Shown in pieces: positions 1-12,433 of a DNA stretch of 64,000 bases. A program made the position numbers and the translations under genes. Position 1 is the stretch's first letter. The number at the start of each line of letters is the position of its first letter. The notes beneath the pieces were generated by a model, which saw nothing but the letters and a program-made list of their open reading frames with translations, made no database searches and was not told the origin of the DNA. The DNA comes from Squalus acanthias (lineage: Eukaryota): positions 1 to 64,000 of the forward strand of contig JASTWF010000363.1 of the NCBI GenBank assembly GCA_030390025.1. Direction: 5' to 3'.

Positions 1-222
1 TTTCTTTTTCTTCTTCTTCTTCTTCTTCTCCTCCTCCTCCTCCTACTCTTCTTCTTCTCCTCCTCCTCCTCCTTCTACTCTTCTTCTTCTTCTTCTCCTC
101 CTCCTGCTCCTCCTCCTCTTCTTCTTCTTCTTCTTCTTCGTCTTCTCCTCCTCCTCTTCTTCTTCTATTTCTTCTTATCCTCCTCCTCCTCCTGGTCCTC
201 CTCCTCCTCCTTCTCTTCTTCC
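1..222. repeat. (TTC/CTC)n microsatellite, expanded from the poly-Glu codons at the C-terminus of the adjacent Harbinger transposase
   Basis: Nearly pure TTC/CTC triplets. On the minus strand they follow ...QRTASSEE, the position of the short acidic run in the related transposase at 49665-49690. Confidence 0.85.
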
Positions 223-1318
223 GAGGAGGCTGTGCGCTGAGCCACTTGTTCCTCAGTCAGCGGTAAGCCACGCTGCTGTGCGGTGTTGTGCAGTGCACAG
301 CAGACCACGATGATTCTGGAGACCCTGACTGGTGCATACTGTAGGGCTCCACCAGATCTGTCGAGGCATCAGAATCGCATTTTGAGCAAGCCAATGGTTA
401 TCTCTCTGATGCTTCTGGTGGAAATGTGGCTGAGATTGTACTGCTCCTCAGCCTCATCTGATAGCCTCCTCATCGGTGTCATGAGCCACTTTTTCAGGGG
501 ATAGCCCTTGTCGCCAAGTAGCCAAGTAGTTGGGTTGGCGGATTGAAGAGCTGAGGCACAGTAGAATGCCGCAGGATGAAGGAGTCATGGCAACTGCCAA
601 GGTACTTGGCGCAAACATGCATAATGTTCTTCCTGTGGTTACACACCAGCTGGACGTTAAGGGAGTGGAAGCCCTTGCAGTTGACAAATACAGCTGGGTT
701 GTGATGGGGTACCCTAATGGCCACAAGTGTGCAGTCTATGATGCCCTGCACCCTTGGAAAGCCTGCCATATTTGCAAATCCAACCGCATGCGCGGTAACA
801 CTTGCTTCATCCATGGAGAAGTTGAAGTGATTGTGCGCCTTTGCAAAGAGGGCATCGGTGACCTGCATGATGCAAGTGTGTGTGGCCGACTGGGAGATGC
901 CCCTCATGTATGCTGCTGATCCCTGGAAGGACCCTGAAGCAAAGAAGTTGAGGGCGGTGGTGACTTTGACAGCCATTGGTAAGGAGTGTCCACCTGCTCC
1001 TCTGGGCTCCAGGTGTTGGTGCAGCATTGTGCAGATGTCAGCGACTACTTCTCGCAAAAGTCTCAGCCTCCTTTGGCACTGCTGCTCACTCATGTTGAGG
1101 AAGCTCATCCTTGGCCTATAAGCCCTGTGTTGGGGGTATCTCCTGCGGCGAGGTACAGCCCTGCGCTGATGCCCTCTGCCCTGTGCATCATCAAGTGGCT
1201 GAGGAGAAGGTTGGCGCTCCTGTTGTTGCTGCTGCTGGTGTGCCTGGTCCTGCTGCTGCAGCGGCTGCTCCTCCTCCGATTCTGATGACCAGGATGAGAG
1301 AGTATAAATGGTTCCCAT
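223..1318 (-). pseudogene. Harbinger DDE transposase, disrupted
   Basis: ORF 494..1318 has [26 protein letters not shown] and CHDS motifs. A frameshift lies just before WLLGDKGY (~525) and an in-frame TGA at ~369-371 (MRF*CLD). Confidence 0.92.
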
Positions 1319-1858
1319 TCCACTGGTATATATCTCAGTTGAGGAAGAGATGTTGCAAGCGCTCAGTCATAGTGGCCAGAGGGTATTCCAAGGAGGTCAC
1401 ACTGTAGATGGATCTGAGCTTGAACACTCACAAGATCAGTAGAGCTGCAAAATGTTTCCCAAAACCTCAAACCACAAAGTTCTGGCTTCTGAAACTCAGC
1501 CATGTTGTAGGAGCGCTTTTATGCTGCAGGAGCAGCTGCCAACAATTCATCTACTTGCTGAACCCGGCACAATGCAGCTGGCGTGTTTGTCGCACAATGG
1601 GCAACACGCTGAAAATGTTCAAAAATTGGAATAGGCAGTTAAAATGGGATTATCTAGGCAGTTAACAAGCTGTTAACTGCCTTAAGTGCCTCTCCCCCCG
1701 TTTGCTGTCGGGTCTGATCGGGACTCGCAGCCCCGACACTTGGCAAAGTAACGTGGAGGTGAGATGGCAGTGGGATCACAACCCACCATCAATCATTTAG
1801 ATTTTTACTCCCAACTCGCCTCCAAACTCGCCCTCTGAGCGCCGACAAAATCGCGGTC

Positions 1859-3146
1859 AAAATATTTGTTTAATTTCCCGGCCATTTCCATATTCCCCAT
1901 TATAATTTCTCCTGTCATAGCCTGTAAGGGACCCACATTTACTTTCGCTAATCTTTTCCTTTTTACGTACCTATAGATGCATTTACAATATGTTTTTATG
2001 TCTCTCGCTAGTTTACTCTCATATTCTATTTTCCCTTTCTTTATCAATTTCTTGGTCCTCCTTTGCTGAATTCTAGTATCCTCCCAATCCTCAGGCTTAC
2101 TACACTTTTTGGCAACATTATAAGCCTCTTCCTTTGATCTAATACTATCTTTAACTTCTCTTGTTAGCCACGGTTGGACCACTTTTCCTGTGGGGTTTGT
2201 GTGCCTTAAAGGAATGTATATTTGTTGTAAATTATGTATTAATTCTTTAAATGCTAGCCATTGCTTCTAATGTACCTTTTAATGTAGATTTCCAATCTGC
2301 CTTAGCCAACTCGCCCCTCATATCTACGTAGTTTGCTTTGCTTAGATTTAAGACCCTAGTTTTGGATTTAACCATGTCACTTTCAAACTCAATATAAAAT
2401 TCTATCATATTATGGTCACTCTTCCCTAAAAGCCCCGTTACTACAAGGTTATTCATTAACCCTTTCTCATTGCACAATACTAGATCTAAAATAGCTTGTT
2501 CCCTAGTTGGTTCCTCAACATACTGATCAAGAAAACTATCTTGCATACATTCCATGAATTCGTCCTCCACACACTTACTGGAAATTTGGTTTGTCCAGTC
2601 TATATGTAGATTAAAGTCTCCCATATTCACTGTATTACCCTTGTTACCTGTGCCTCTAATTTCCTGATTTATACACTGTCCTACATTACAACTACTGTTT
2701 GGGGGCCTTTCAACAACTCCCACCAATGTTTTCTGCCCCTTGCTGTTTCTTAGGTTAATCTAAACTGATTCTACTTCTTGATTTTCGGAGCTAAGATCCT
2801 TGCTCTCTAATGTTTTTATCCCATCCTTTATTATCATGGCAACCCCTCCTCCTTTTCCATTTTGCCTATCTCTTCTAAAAGTTAAGTATCCTGGAATATT
2901 TAGTTCCCAACCTTGGCCACTTTGCAACCACGTCTCTATTATGGCTATTAGATCAAACCTGTTCATTTCTATCCGCGCTATTAATTCATCTATTTTGTTG
3001 TGAATGCTTCGTGCATTCAGATGTAGTGGCTTTAGCTTTGACTTATTTCTATTTTTTCCTAATGTCACCTTAGTCACTGATGCCTTATTACCGTTGTTAC
3101 TCTCTCTGTCCTTTCCTGACCCACTCTGCTTATTTTTACCCAAAAC
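1859..3146 (-). mobile_element. CR1 LINE fragment (ORF2 APE endonuclease region), degraded
   Basis: LNARSIHNK, ETWL, GDFN, PTREQAILDLVL and SDH motifs in ORFs 2760..3362, 2247..2726 and 1805..2182. Confidence 0.92.
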
Positions 3147-3149
3147 ACA

Positions 3150-3450
3150 TGGTCCAGGGGTGGTAGGAGGAGGTGTCAGCCTCCGCAAGGTAGAGGTCAG
3201 TTCGCCAAACATCAAGAGCGCCACCCTTGTCAGCAGGTTTAATGACATTGTTGGGGTTGGATCTGAGAGAACAGAGTGCTGCAAGTTCAGAGGGAGGTAG
3301 GTTGGAGTGAGTGAGGGGAGTAGAGAAATTGAGATGACCGATGTCACACCGGCAGTTTGCAATGGAAAGCTCTAGAGGGGTAAGAGGCCAAAGGAAGCAG
3401 TCCAGGTAGAACGAGAATTCTGAAAACGGGAGAAAGGGTCAGCTGTGCAG
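3150..3450 (-). mobile_element. Penelope-like element RT fragment
   Basis: Minus strand 3175-3250 translates NVIKPADKGGALDVWRTDLYLAEAD, matching the IKPADKGG..W motif typical of Penelope RTs. Confidence 0.7.
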
Positions 3451-3456
3451 GGGGAA

Positions 3457-4270
3457 CATATACACTCCACCCCACCCGAAGCCATGTGATCGCCTGGGAG
3501 AGGCAAAAAACTCAGGCCAATTTGGGGAATAAAATCTGGGAAATTCCTCTCCGACCCATCTAGGCGATCGAAACTAGTCCAGGAGATCACTCTGGCCCTG
3601 AATTCCCTGCAGTACTTACCTCTGTAAGAGGTGATCTTCACCCCAGCCAGAAGCAGGTCTAGCTCTCGCTTGAAGGAATCCAGCGAATCAGCATCCACCA
3701 CATGAGACGGAATATGTTCCAAGGTTCACTATTCTCTGGGAAAAGAACCATCTCCTGACATCTAACCGAGACCTAGTCTTATACGACTTAAATTTGTGAC
3801 CCCTGGTCCTCCCTAACCTATTTAATTGGAACAAACTGTTAACTGGAACATAATCGATTCCCTTCATTATCTTATAAACCTCAATCAGATCACCTCTAAG
3901 TCGACGCTTTTCTAAAGTTTAGAATCCCAACTCTTTTAGCCTACCTTGATAACTAAGATGCTTTAAACTGGGACTTAGTCAAGTGGCCCTCCTCTGCACC
4001 CTTTCCAAAGCCTCAATATGACCCAACGTGTGAGGAGACCAAAACTGGACACACTATTCCAAGTGCGGTCTGACTAAGGTCTTGTACAAGGATAAAATAG
4101 TATTGTCTTATACTCAATTGTCCTACGGATACACCCCAACACCCTATTTGCTCTAGCTATCGCTTCACGGCATTGCTCATGTACCTTTAAGGATGTATGC
4201 ACTAGAATGCCCAAATCTCTTTCTATCTCCACCTTCTTTAGTGCTTTCCCCTGAAGGGTGTATGAACGTT
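3457..4270 (-). mobile_element. CR1-like LINE 3' fragment (different subfamily)
   Basis: RPHLE-CVQFWSP motif near 4030-4070 and C-terminal HVVDADSLDSFKRELD, followed by a 3' UTR. Confidence 0.75.
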
Positions 4271-4691
4271 CGTTCGTGAATTAGCTGCCTGTTTTGACAA
4301 GTCGTCCAATGAGCTTTCAAAATTCAAGTAATGAATGGCTGTCAAGCAGAGCTTGAAGGCTGCACTGCTTGCTCCAGACTATCACTGGCTGGATCAAATG
4401 ACATATTGCAGGCAGGATGCTGGGAGCCTGGTGTCGATTTATACCTCCTACTACCCTGCATACACCAATATGCTAGAGGACATGATGTTACCCATAGATG
4501 CATCCACTTAAATATTCAAACAGAGCAGCAGACCGATCAGCTAACTCAGTTCCTGATAAATAGCACCAACTAATGACGAGGAGAGTAATCTATTTCTAAC
4601 AGCTTGCCAGACTTGTTTCCACAAACTTGGGTTTGCTAGGAGCCGGCAGCAGCTGGTAGGCCATGGAAGAAGATCACACCCTTATAAGAAA

Positions 4692-6763
4692 CAAACATAT
4701 ATTCCTCTAGGGCATAAAAACCCAAAAGGAAAAGTGATCCAACCATGGCTAACAAAAGAAATTAAAGCTAATATTAAGTCAAAGGAGGAAGCTTATAAAG
4801 GTGCCAGAAAAAGCGGTCAGCCTGAGGATTGGGATCTTTTTAGAAATCAGCAAAGGGGGACCAAGAAATTGATAAAGAAAGGGAAAATGGAATATGAGCA
4901 CAAACTAGTGAAAAATATAAAAACAGATTGGAAAAGCTTCTATAGGTATGTGAAAAGGAAAAGACTGGCGAAGGTAAATGTAGGTCCTTTACAGTCAGAG
5001 ATGGGAGATTTTATAATGGGGAATGAGGAAATGGCAGAGAAATTAAATACTTTGTTTCTGTCTTCACGGAGGAAGACACAAAAAACCTCCCAGAAATACG
5101 AGAAAACCAAGGGTGTGACAAGAATGAGGAACTTAAAGAAATTATTATTAGCAAAAAAACAGTACTAGCAAAATTAATGGGACTAAAAGTTGATAAATCC
5201 CAAGGACCGGATGCCTACATCCTAGGGTTTTGAAAGAGGTGGCCATTGGAATAGTGGACATATTGGTTGTCATCTTCCAAAATTCTATAGATTCTGGAAC
5301 GGTTCCTGCAGATTGGAGGATAGCAAATGTAACCCCGCTATTTAAGAAAGGAGGGAGAGAGAAAACGGGGAACTACAGACCTGTTAGCCTCACATCAGTA
5401 GTTGGGAAAATGCTGGAATCTATAATAAAGGATGCAATAACTGGGCACTTAGAAACTAATAGTAAGATTCGGCAGAGTCAACATGGATTTATGAAAGGGA
5501 AATCCTGTTTGACAAACCTATTGGAGTTCTTTGAGGATGTAACTAGGGGAGTAGACAAAGGGGAACTGGTAGATGTGGTGTATCTGGATTTTCAGAAGGC
5601 CTTCGATAAGGTCCCACACAAGAGGTTGGTGAACAAAATTAGGGCACATGGAATTGGGGGTGATATACTTGCATGAATTGAGAATTGGTTAACAGACAGA
5701 AAACAAAGAGTAGGGATAAACGGGTCTTTATCAGGATGGCAGGCTGTGACTAGTGGGGTACCGCAAGGATCGATGCTTGGGCCCCAGCTATTCACAATCT
5801 ATATCAATGATTTGGATGAGGGGACTAAATGTAACATTTCCAAATTTGCTGATGACACAAAGCTAGGTGGCAGTGTCAGTTGCGAAGAGGATGTGAAGAG
5901 GCTTCAAGGGGATCTCGACAGGCTCAGTGAGTGGGCGAGAACATGGCAGATGGAATATAATGTGGATAAATGTGAAGTTATCCACTTTGGTAGAAAAAAC
6001 AGAAAGGCAGAGTATTTCCTAAATGGTGAAAGATTGGGGAATGCAGATGCTCAAAGGGTGCTGGGTGTCCTTGTACATGAGTCAGTGAAAGTGAATGTGC
6101 AGGTGCAGCAAGCCATTAGGAAGGCAAATGGTATGCTGGCCTTCATTACAAGAGGATTTGAGTACAGGAGTAAAGAAGTCTTACTCCAATTATATAGGGC
6201 CTTGGTGAGACCACACCTGGAGTACTGTGTACAATTTTGGTCTCCTTACCTAAGGAAGAATATACTTGCCATAGAGGGAGTGCAACGAAGGTTCACGAGA
6301 TTGATTCCTGGGATGGCGGGACTGTCGTATGATAAGAGATTGAGTAAACTAGGCCTGTATTCTCTTGAATTCAGAAGAATGAGAGGGGATTTCATTGAAG
6401 CATACAAAATTATTACAGGGCTTGATAGGATGGATGCTGGGAGAATGTTTCCCTTAGCTGGGGAGTCTAGAACCAGGGGCCACAGCCTCAAGATAAAGGG
6501 TAGGCCATTCAGGACTGAGATGAGAAGAAATTTCTTCACACAGAGGGTGGTGAATCTTTGGAATTCTCTACCCCAGAGGGCTGTGGAGGCTCAGGCATTG
6601 GGTATATTCAAAACAGAAGTCGATAGATTTCTGACTAGTAAGGGCATCAAGGGATATGGCGATAGGGCCGGTGAATGGAGTTGAGGCAGAAGATCAGCCA
6701 TGATCTCATTGAATGGTGGAGCAGGCTCGAAGGGCCGAATGGCCTACTCCTGCTCCTATTTCT
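4692..6763 (+). mobile_element. 5'-truncated CR1 LINE (RT domain and 3' UTR) inserted in exon-1 copy A
   Basis: QHGF, YLDFQKAFD, GVPQGS and FADD motifs with stops and frameshifts. 3' end CCTACTCCTGCTCCTATTTCT. Candidate TSD TAAGAAA at 4685-4691 and 6764-6770. Confidence 0.93.
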
Positions 6764-6800
6764 TAAGAAAGCCGAAGAAATGAACAAAAAAGGATGGGAG

Positions 6801-6830
6801 ATGCTGCATTCCAATCTAAGAGACTGCAGG
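6801..6830 (+). pseudogene. TTC38: TTC38 first coding exon, copy A (MLHSNLRDCR), degenerate donor
   Basis: Homologous to copies B-D but followed by GCTAGC instead of GTAAGC. Its upstream part is split by a CR1. Confidence 0.75.
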
Positions 6831-8494
6831 GCTAGCTGTAGACAAAGACAGCTGACAGATTCAAGGGCTGCTATTAAATAAAGCCAGAACACTCCAGAAG
6901 ACTGTGTCAAAACTAAAGGCCAGAGGTGGTGTATAATATCCAACGAACACACACTAAAAACGTAGAAGTGGGGAGACCAGCAACCAGAGCACTGGAGAAC
7001 TCCAGCCACAAGGTGATAGAGGTGCAGATTCAGGATTTGGGGGTGAAGGGGAAAAGATGGGGCAGTGGCAGTCAATGGTGGGGAGATGCCGCATAGATAA
7101 AAGTAGGAAAGCAGTCTTAGTGACAAATTGGATGTGAGGGAGGAAGCTTTGCTTCAGGTCAAACAATACACCAAGCTTCCACAGCTCTGGGCTGAGGCTG
7201 AGGTGGCAGCCAGGGAGGTAGATGTTGTTGAGGCCAGAGGCTCATAGATAATTGGGGGCGTTGAAGAGAATGGTTTTAGTTTTTCAGATATGCTGAAGGA
7301 TTTTTTTTTGGCTTATTCAGGTCTGATTGTCAGAGAAGCAGCTTGAGATGCTGGCATTGGCTATGGGGTTGGTAGAAGGGGAGGCGAGCTGATATTTCAT
7401 TAATATACATGTGAAAGCTGAATCTGTGCTTCTGGATAATATTGTCCTTCTGTTTTTTCCTTGTTGCCTTCTGGTCCTTTTACATGGGTGCTCTGAATAT
7501 CTTCTGAAAAGAATGGTGTGGTGAAGGAGGAGTGGAAAGTCTTTAACACAGTTACACAAATCAAATAATCTGTTATGGAGAACCATTCTCTTGAAGCAAG
7601 TGATTTTAGTTCATTGAGATACCAAAATGGTTAGCCCTTCCAAAGGTATTTTACAGCTCAAGTCAGCAAATCTGCTCTCGTGTGCTGTTCAGTTCAGATC
7701 TCCCTTCTGTCTTCCTTCCTTCCTGTTAATCTAAAACCCTTCCCTATTGATATATGTAGCTCAAATCCTTTTCTGCTCCGTCTCTGTTAACCTGAACGAT
7801 TTCCCCCTGCCTTTTCCTGGTCCAGCATGTCCAGTTGGCCTTGATCTTGTAGAAGCAGAAACTTCCCTCCAGGGAGATGCAGTGTAAAGGCCAGTTAGGT
7901 AATTATCCGACATGAGTCCTCTGTTTCTCTGGGTAAAAGGCTCACATGCTCTGGTTGAGATTAAGAAATTACTGGAATGAGGAATCGTTGCCTTTGACAC
8001 AGTTTGTGCCAAACTGCAAAAGTAGAATTTTTTTAATGAGTTATATATAACGTCTATTATTTTGCAGTAATAAACTGCATTAAAATTAATAATCCTATTT
8101 TGCTGTGGGCATATGCTTTTATAAAAGTAAAAGAAAACAGCCCCAAAACAGAACCATGCAAGTAAAGTAAATTCATTAATGGAGAACTTCAGATAAATGT
8201 CATAAATCTTTTGCTCTCCTGCTTTATGATGTTAATTGAAGTCCCTGACCAATACGCGATGTTGCCCATAGACGCATCCAATTAAATATTTGAACAGAAC
8301 GTTAGACCTATCAGCTTACTGAGTTCCTGATAAATAGCACCAACTAATGGCGAGGAGAGTAATCTGTTTCTAACAGGTTGCCAGGTTTGCTTCCACATTG
8401 TTGGTTTTGGTAGGAGCCGGCACCAGTTGGTAGGCCATGATAGAAGATCACAGCCTTAAAGAAAACTGAAAAAATTCACAAAAAAGGACGGGAG

Positions 8495-8524
8495 ATGGTG
8501 CATTTCAATCTAAGAGACTGCAAG
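8495..8524 (+). CDS. TTC38: TTC38 first coding exon, copy B (MVHFNLRDCK)
   Basis: ATG in GAGATGG context. LRDC matches the vertebrate TTC38 N-terminus (LRDCQ|AW). Phase-0 donor AAG|GTAAGC. Confidence 0.75.
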
Positions 8525-11086
8525 GTAAGCTGTAGACAAAGTGCGCTGACAGATACAAGGACTGCTATTAAATAAAGCCAGCGCACTCCAGAAAACTGCA
8601 TCACAACTAAAGATCAGAGGCAGTACAATGTCCAAAGGGCATGCACTGAAATAGCCCATTAAAGAAAGGCTGCAAGCTTAGAAGAGAAAGTGTTGATGTG
8701 TTTAAGAATAAACTGTGGATCTTCCACACACTCAGGGACAAAGCAATAGTTCAAAGGCCAACTCGGAAATCTGTATTCAATAATTTAAATACTTTTGTAG
8801 TAAAATAGTTCAACCGTTTAAAAATCCTTTGTTGTTTATGCTGCTGGCAATTTTCCAGAAGCAAACATTGTTTTCTTTTACTTTCTGTGTGCCTTTACAT
8901 TACAAGCACCTTTAATATTATTGTAACAGGGATGGTGGGGCGGGGGTGGGGCATGGCCTGCTGTTTTCTTTTGGGAGGTGGGGGGGCGGGGAGACGGGCA
9001 ACAAAAGTCTCGTTTTCAACTGCTCCGTACTGCTAGACAAGGTTTCTGGACCTGCAAACCTTAGTGAGTGTGAGGGCTCAAGCCACACCATTCTGAAATA
9101 CTTATAGTTCATGAATGGTAGAAGTGAGGAGACCAGCAACCAAAGCACTGGAGAACTCCAGCCACAAGGTGATAAAAGTGCAGATTAGGGTTTTGGGGGT
9201 GAAGGGGGAAAGATGGGGCAGCAGCAGGCAATGGTGCGGAGATGTCGCATAGTTAAAAGTAGGAAAGCAGTCTTAGTGACAAATTGGATTGGAGGGAAGA
9301 AGCTTTGCTTCAGGTCAAACAATACGCCAAGGTTCCACAGCTCTGCGCTGAGCCTGAGATGGCCACCAGGGAGGTAGATGTCGTTGAGGCCAGAGGTTCA
9401 TAAGTAATTAGGGGCGTTGAAGAGAATGGTTTTGGTTTTTCAGATATGCTGAAGGATTTTTTTTTTGGCTTATCCAGGTCTGATTGTCAGAAAGCAGCTT
9501 GAGATGGTGGCATTGGCTATGGGGTTGGTAGAAGGGGAGGCGAGCTGATTTGTCATTAATATACATGTGAAAGCTGAACCTGTGCTTCTGGATAATATTG
9601 TCCTTCTGTTTTTTCCTTGTTGCCTTCTGGTCCTTTTACATGGGTGCTCTGAATATCTTCTGAAAAGAATGGTGTATGGTGAAGGAGGAGTGGAAAGTCT
9701 TTAACACAGTTGCACAAATCAAATAATCTGTTATGGAGAACCATTCTCTTGAAGCAAATGATTTTAGTTCATTGAGATACCAAAATGGTTAGCCCTTCCA
9801 AAGGTATTTTACAGCTCAAGTCAGCAAATCTGCTCTCGTGTGCTGTTCAGTTCAGATCTCCCTTCTGTCTTCCTTCCTTCCTGTTAATCTAAAACCCTTC
9901 CCTATTGAATATGTAGCTCAAATCCTTTTCTGCTCCGTCTCTGTTAACCTGAACGATTTCCCCCTGCCTTTTCCTGGTCCAGCATGTCCAGTTGGCCTTG
10001 ATCTTGTAGAAGCAGAAACTTCCCTCCAGGGAGATGCAGTGTAAAGGCCAGTTAGGTAATTATCCGACATGAGTCCTCTGTTTCTCTGGGTAAAAGGCTC
10101 ACATGCTCTGGTTGAGATTAAGAAATTACTGGAATGAGGAATCGTTGCCTTTGACACAGTTTGTGCCAAACTGCAGTAGTATAATTTTTTTAATGAGTTA
10201 TATATAACGTCTATTATTTTGCAGTAATAAACTGCATTAAAATTAATAATCCTATTTTGCTGTGGGCATATGCTTTTATAAAATAAAACAGCCCCAAAAC
10301 AGAACCATGCAAGTACAGTAAATTCATTAATGGAGAGCTTCAGATAAATGTCATAAATCTTTTGCTCTCCTGCTTTACGATGTTAATTGAAGTCCCTGAC
10401 CAATACGCGATGTTGCCCATAGACGCATCCAATTAAATATTTGAACAGAACGTTAGACCTATCAGCTTACTGAGTTCCTGCTCTGGTTGAGATTGAGAAA
10501 TTACTGGAATGGGGAATCATGGCCTTCGACCCAGTTTCTGTCAAACTGCAAAAGTAGTCCTTCAAAAGCCAACTCAGAAATCTCTATTCAATAATTTAAA
10601 TACTTTTGTCGTAAAATAGTTCAACCATTTAAAGATCCTATGTTTTTTTAATGAGTTATATATAGTGACTATTTTGCAGTAATAAACTGCATTAAAATTT
10701 AATAAGCCTAGGACCCACTTGCTGTGGGCCTCTGCTGTTGCAAAAATAAAGGAAAATAGCCCCAAAACTGAACCATCCAAGTACAGTAAATTTGTTAATG
10801 AAGAACTTCAGATAAATGTCATAAATCTCCTGGTTTATGATATTAATTGAAGTCCTTCACCAATACGCGATGTTGTCCATAGATGCATCCAATTGAATAT
10901 TTGAACAGAGCGTTGATCTAGCAGCTTACTGAGTTGCTGATGAATAGCACCAACTAATGGCGAGAAGAGTAATCTGTTTCAAACGGTTTGCCAGGCTTCC
11001 TTCCACATAGTTGGTTTTGCTAGGAGCCGGCAGCAGCTGGTAGGCCGTGATAGAAAACTGAAACAATTAACAAAAAAGGACGGGAG

Positions 11087-11116
11087 ATGCTGCATTCTAA
11101 TCTAAAAGACTGCAAG
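11087..11116 (+). CDS. TTC38: TTC38 first coding exon, copy C (MLHSNLKDCK)
   Basis: ATG, 10 codons, phase-0 donor AAG|GTAAGC. Confidence 0.7.
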
Positions 11117-12433
11117 GTAAGCTGCAGACAAAGAGCGATGGCAGATACAAGGACTGCTATTAAATAAAGCCAGAACAGTCCAGAAAATTGCGTCACAACT
11201 AAAGATCAGAGGCAGTACAATGTCCAAAGAACACGCACTGAAACAGCCCAGTAAAAAAAGGCTGCAAGCTTCGGAGAGAAAGTGTTGATATGTTTAAGAA
11301 TTAACTGCAGAACTTCCACACAGTCTGGGATAAAGAAGTCGTTCAAAAGCCAACTCGGAAATCTCTATTCAATAATTTAAATACTTTTGTAGTAAAATAG
11401 TTCAACCATTTAAAGATCCTATGTTGTTTATGCTGCTGGCAATTTTCCAGAACTAAACATTGTTTTCTTTTACTTTCTGTGTGCCTTTACATTACAAGCA
11501 CTTCTAATATTATTGTAGCGGGGGTGGGGCATAGCCTGCTGTTTTCTTTTGGGAGGTGAGCGGCGGACTGGCAACAAAAGTCTCGTTTTCAACTACTCCA
11601 TACTGCTAGACAAGGTTTCTGGACCCGCAGACCTTAGTGAGTGTCAGTTCAGATCTCCCTTCTGTCTTCCTTCCCTCCCGTTAATCTAAAACCCTTCCCT
11701 ATTGAATATGTAGCTCAAATCCTTTTCTGCTCCGTCTCTGTTAACCTGAACGATTTCCCCCTGCCTTTTCCTGGTCCAGCATGTCCAGTTGGCCTTGATC
11801 TTGTAGAAGCAGAAACTTCCCTCCAGGGAGATGCAGTGTAAAGGCCAGTTAGGTAATTATCCGACATGAGTCCTCTGTTTCTCTGGGTAAAAGCCTCACA
11901 TGCTCTGGTTGAGATTGAGAAATTACTGGAATGGGGAATCGTGGCCTTCGACCCAGTTTCTGCCAAACCGCAAAAGTAGCATTTTTTTAATGAGTTATAT
12001 ACAGTGACTATTATTTTGCAGTAATAAACTGCATTAAAATAAAAATTGCTGTGGGCATATGCTTTTACAAAAATAAAGGAAAACAGCCTCAAAACAGAAC
12101 CATGCAAGTACAGTAAATTCATTAATGGAGAACTTCAGATAAATGTCATAAATCTCTTGCTCTCCTGCTTTATGATTGAAGTCCCTGACCAATACGCGAT
12201 GTTGCCCATAGACGCATCCAATTAAATATTTGAACAGAACGTTAGACCTATCAGCTTACTGAGTTCCTGATAAATAGCATCAACTAAGGGCGAGGTGAGT
12301 AATCTGTTTCTAACAGGTTGCCAGGTTTGCTTCCACATAGTTGGTTTTGGTAGGAGCCGGCACCAGTTGGTAGGCCGTGATAGAAGATCACAGCCTTAAA
12401 AGAAAACAAAAAATTAACAAAAAAGGACAAGAG

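Larger units (their letters stand above)
1..1858 (-). mobile_element. PIF/Harbinger DNA transposon, copy H1 (runs off the window start)
   Basis: Terminus at 1858 reads GACCGCGATTTTGTCGGCGCTCAGAGGGCG on the minus strand, resembling the termini at 21876 and 48024. Flanked by AAA in a CR1. Contains a transposase pseudogene. Confidence 0.9.

Noticed and set aside
530..1407. Plus-strand ORFs overlapping the H1 transposase, and similar shadow ORFs over CR1 and H2/H3
   Set aside because: Antisense or alternative-frame shadows of TE coding sequence with no independent evidence.
4300..8494. TTC38 core promoter or CpG island
   Set aside because: No CpG island or convincing promoter motif precedes the exon-1 copies. 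The TSS cannot be placed and may lie outside the window.
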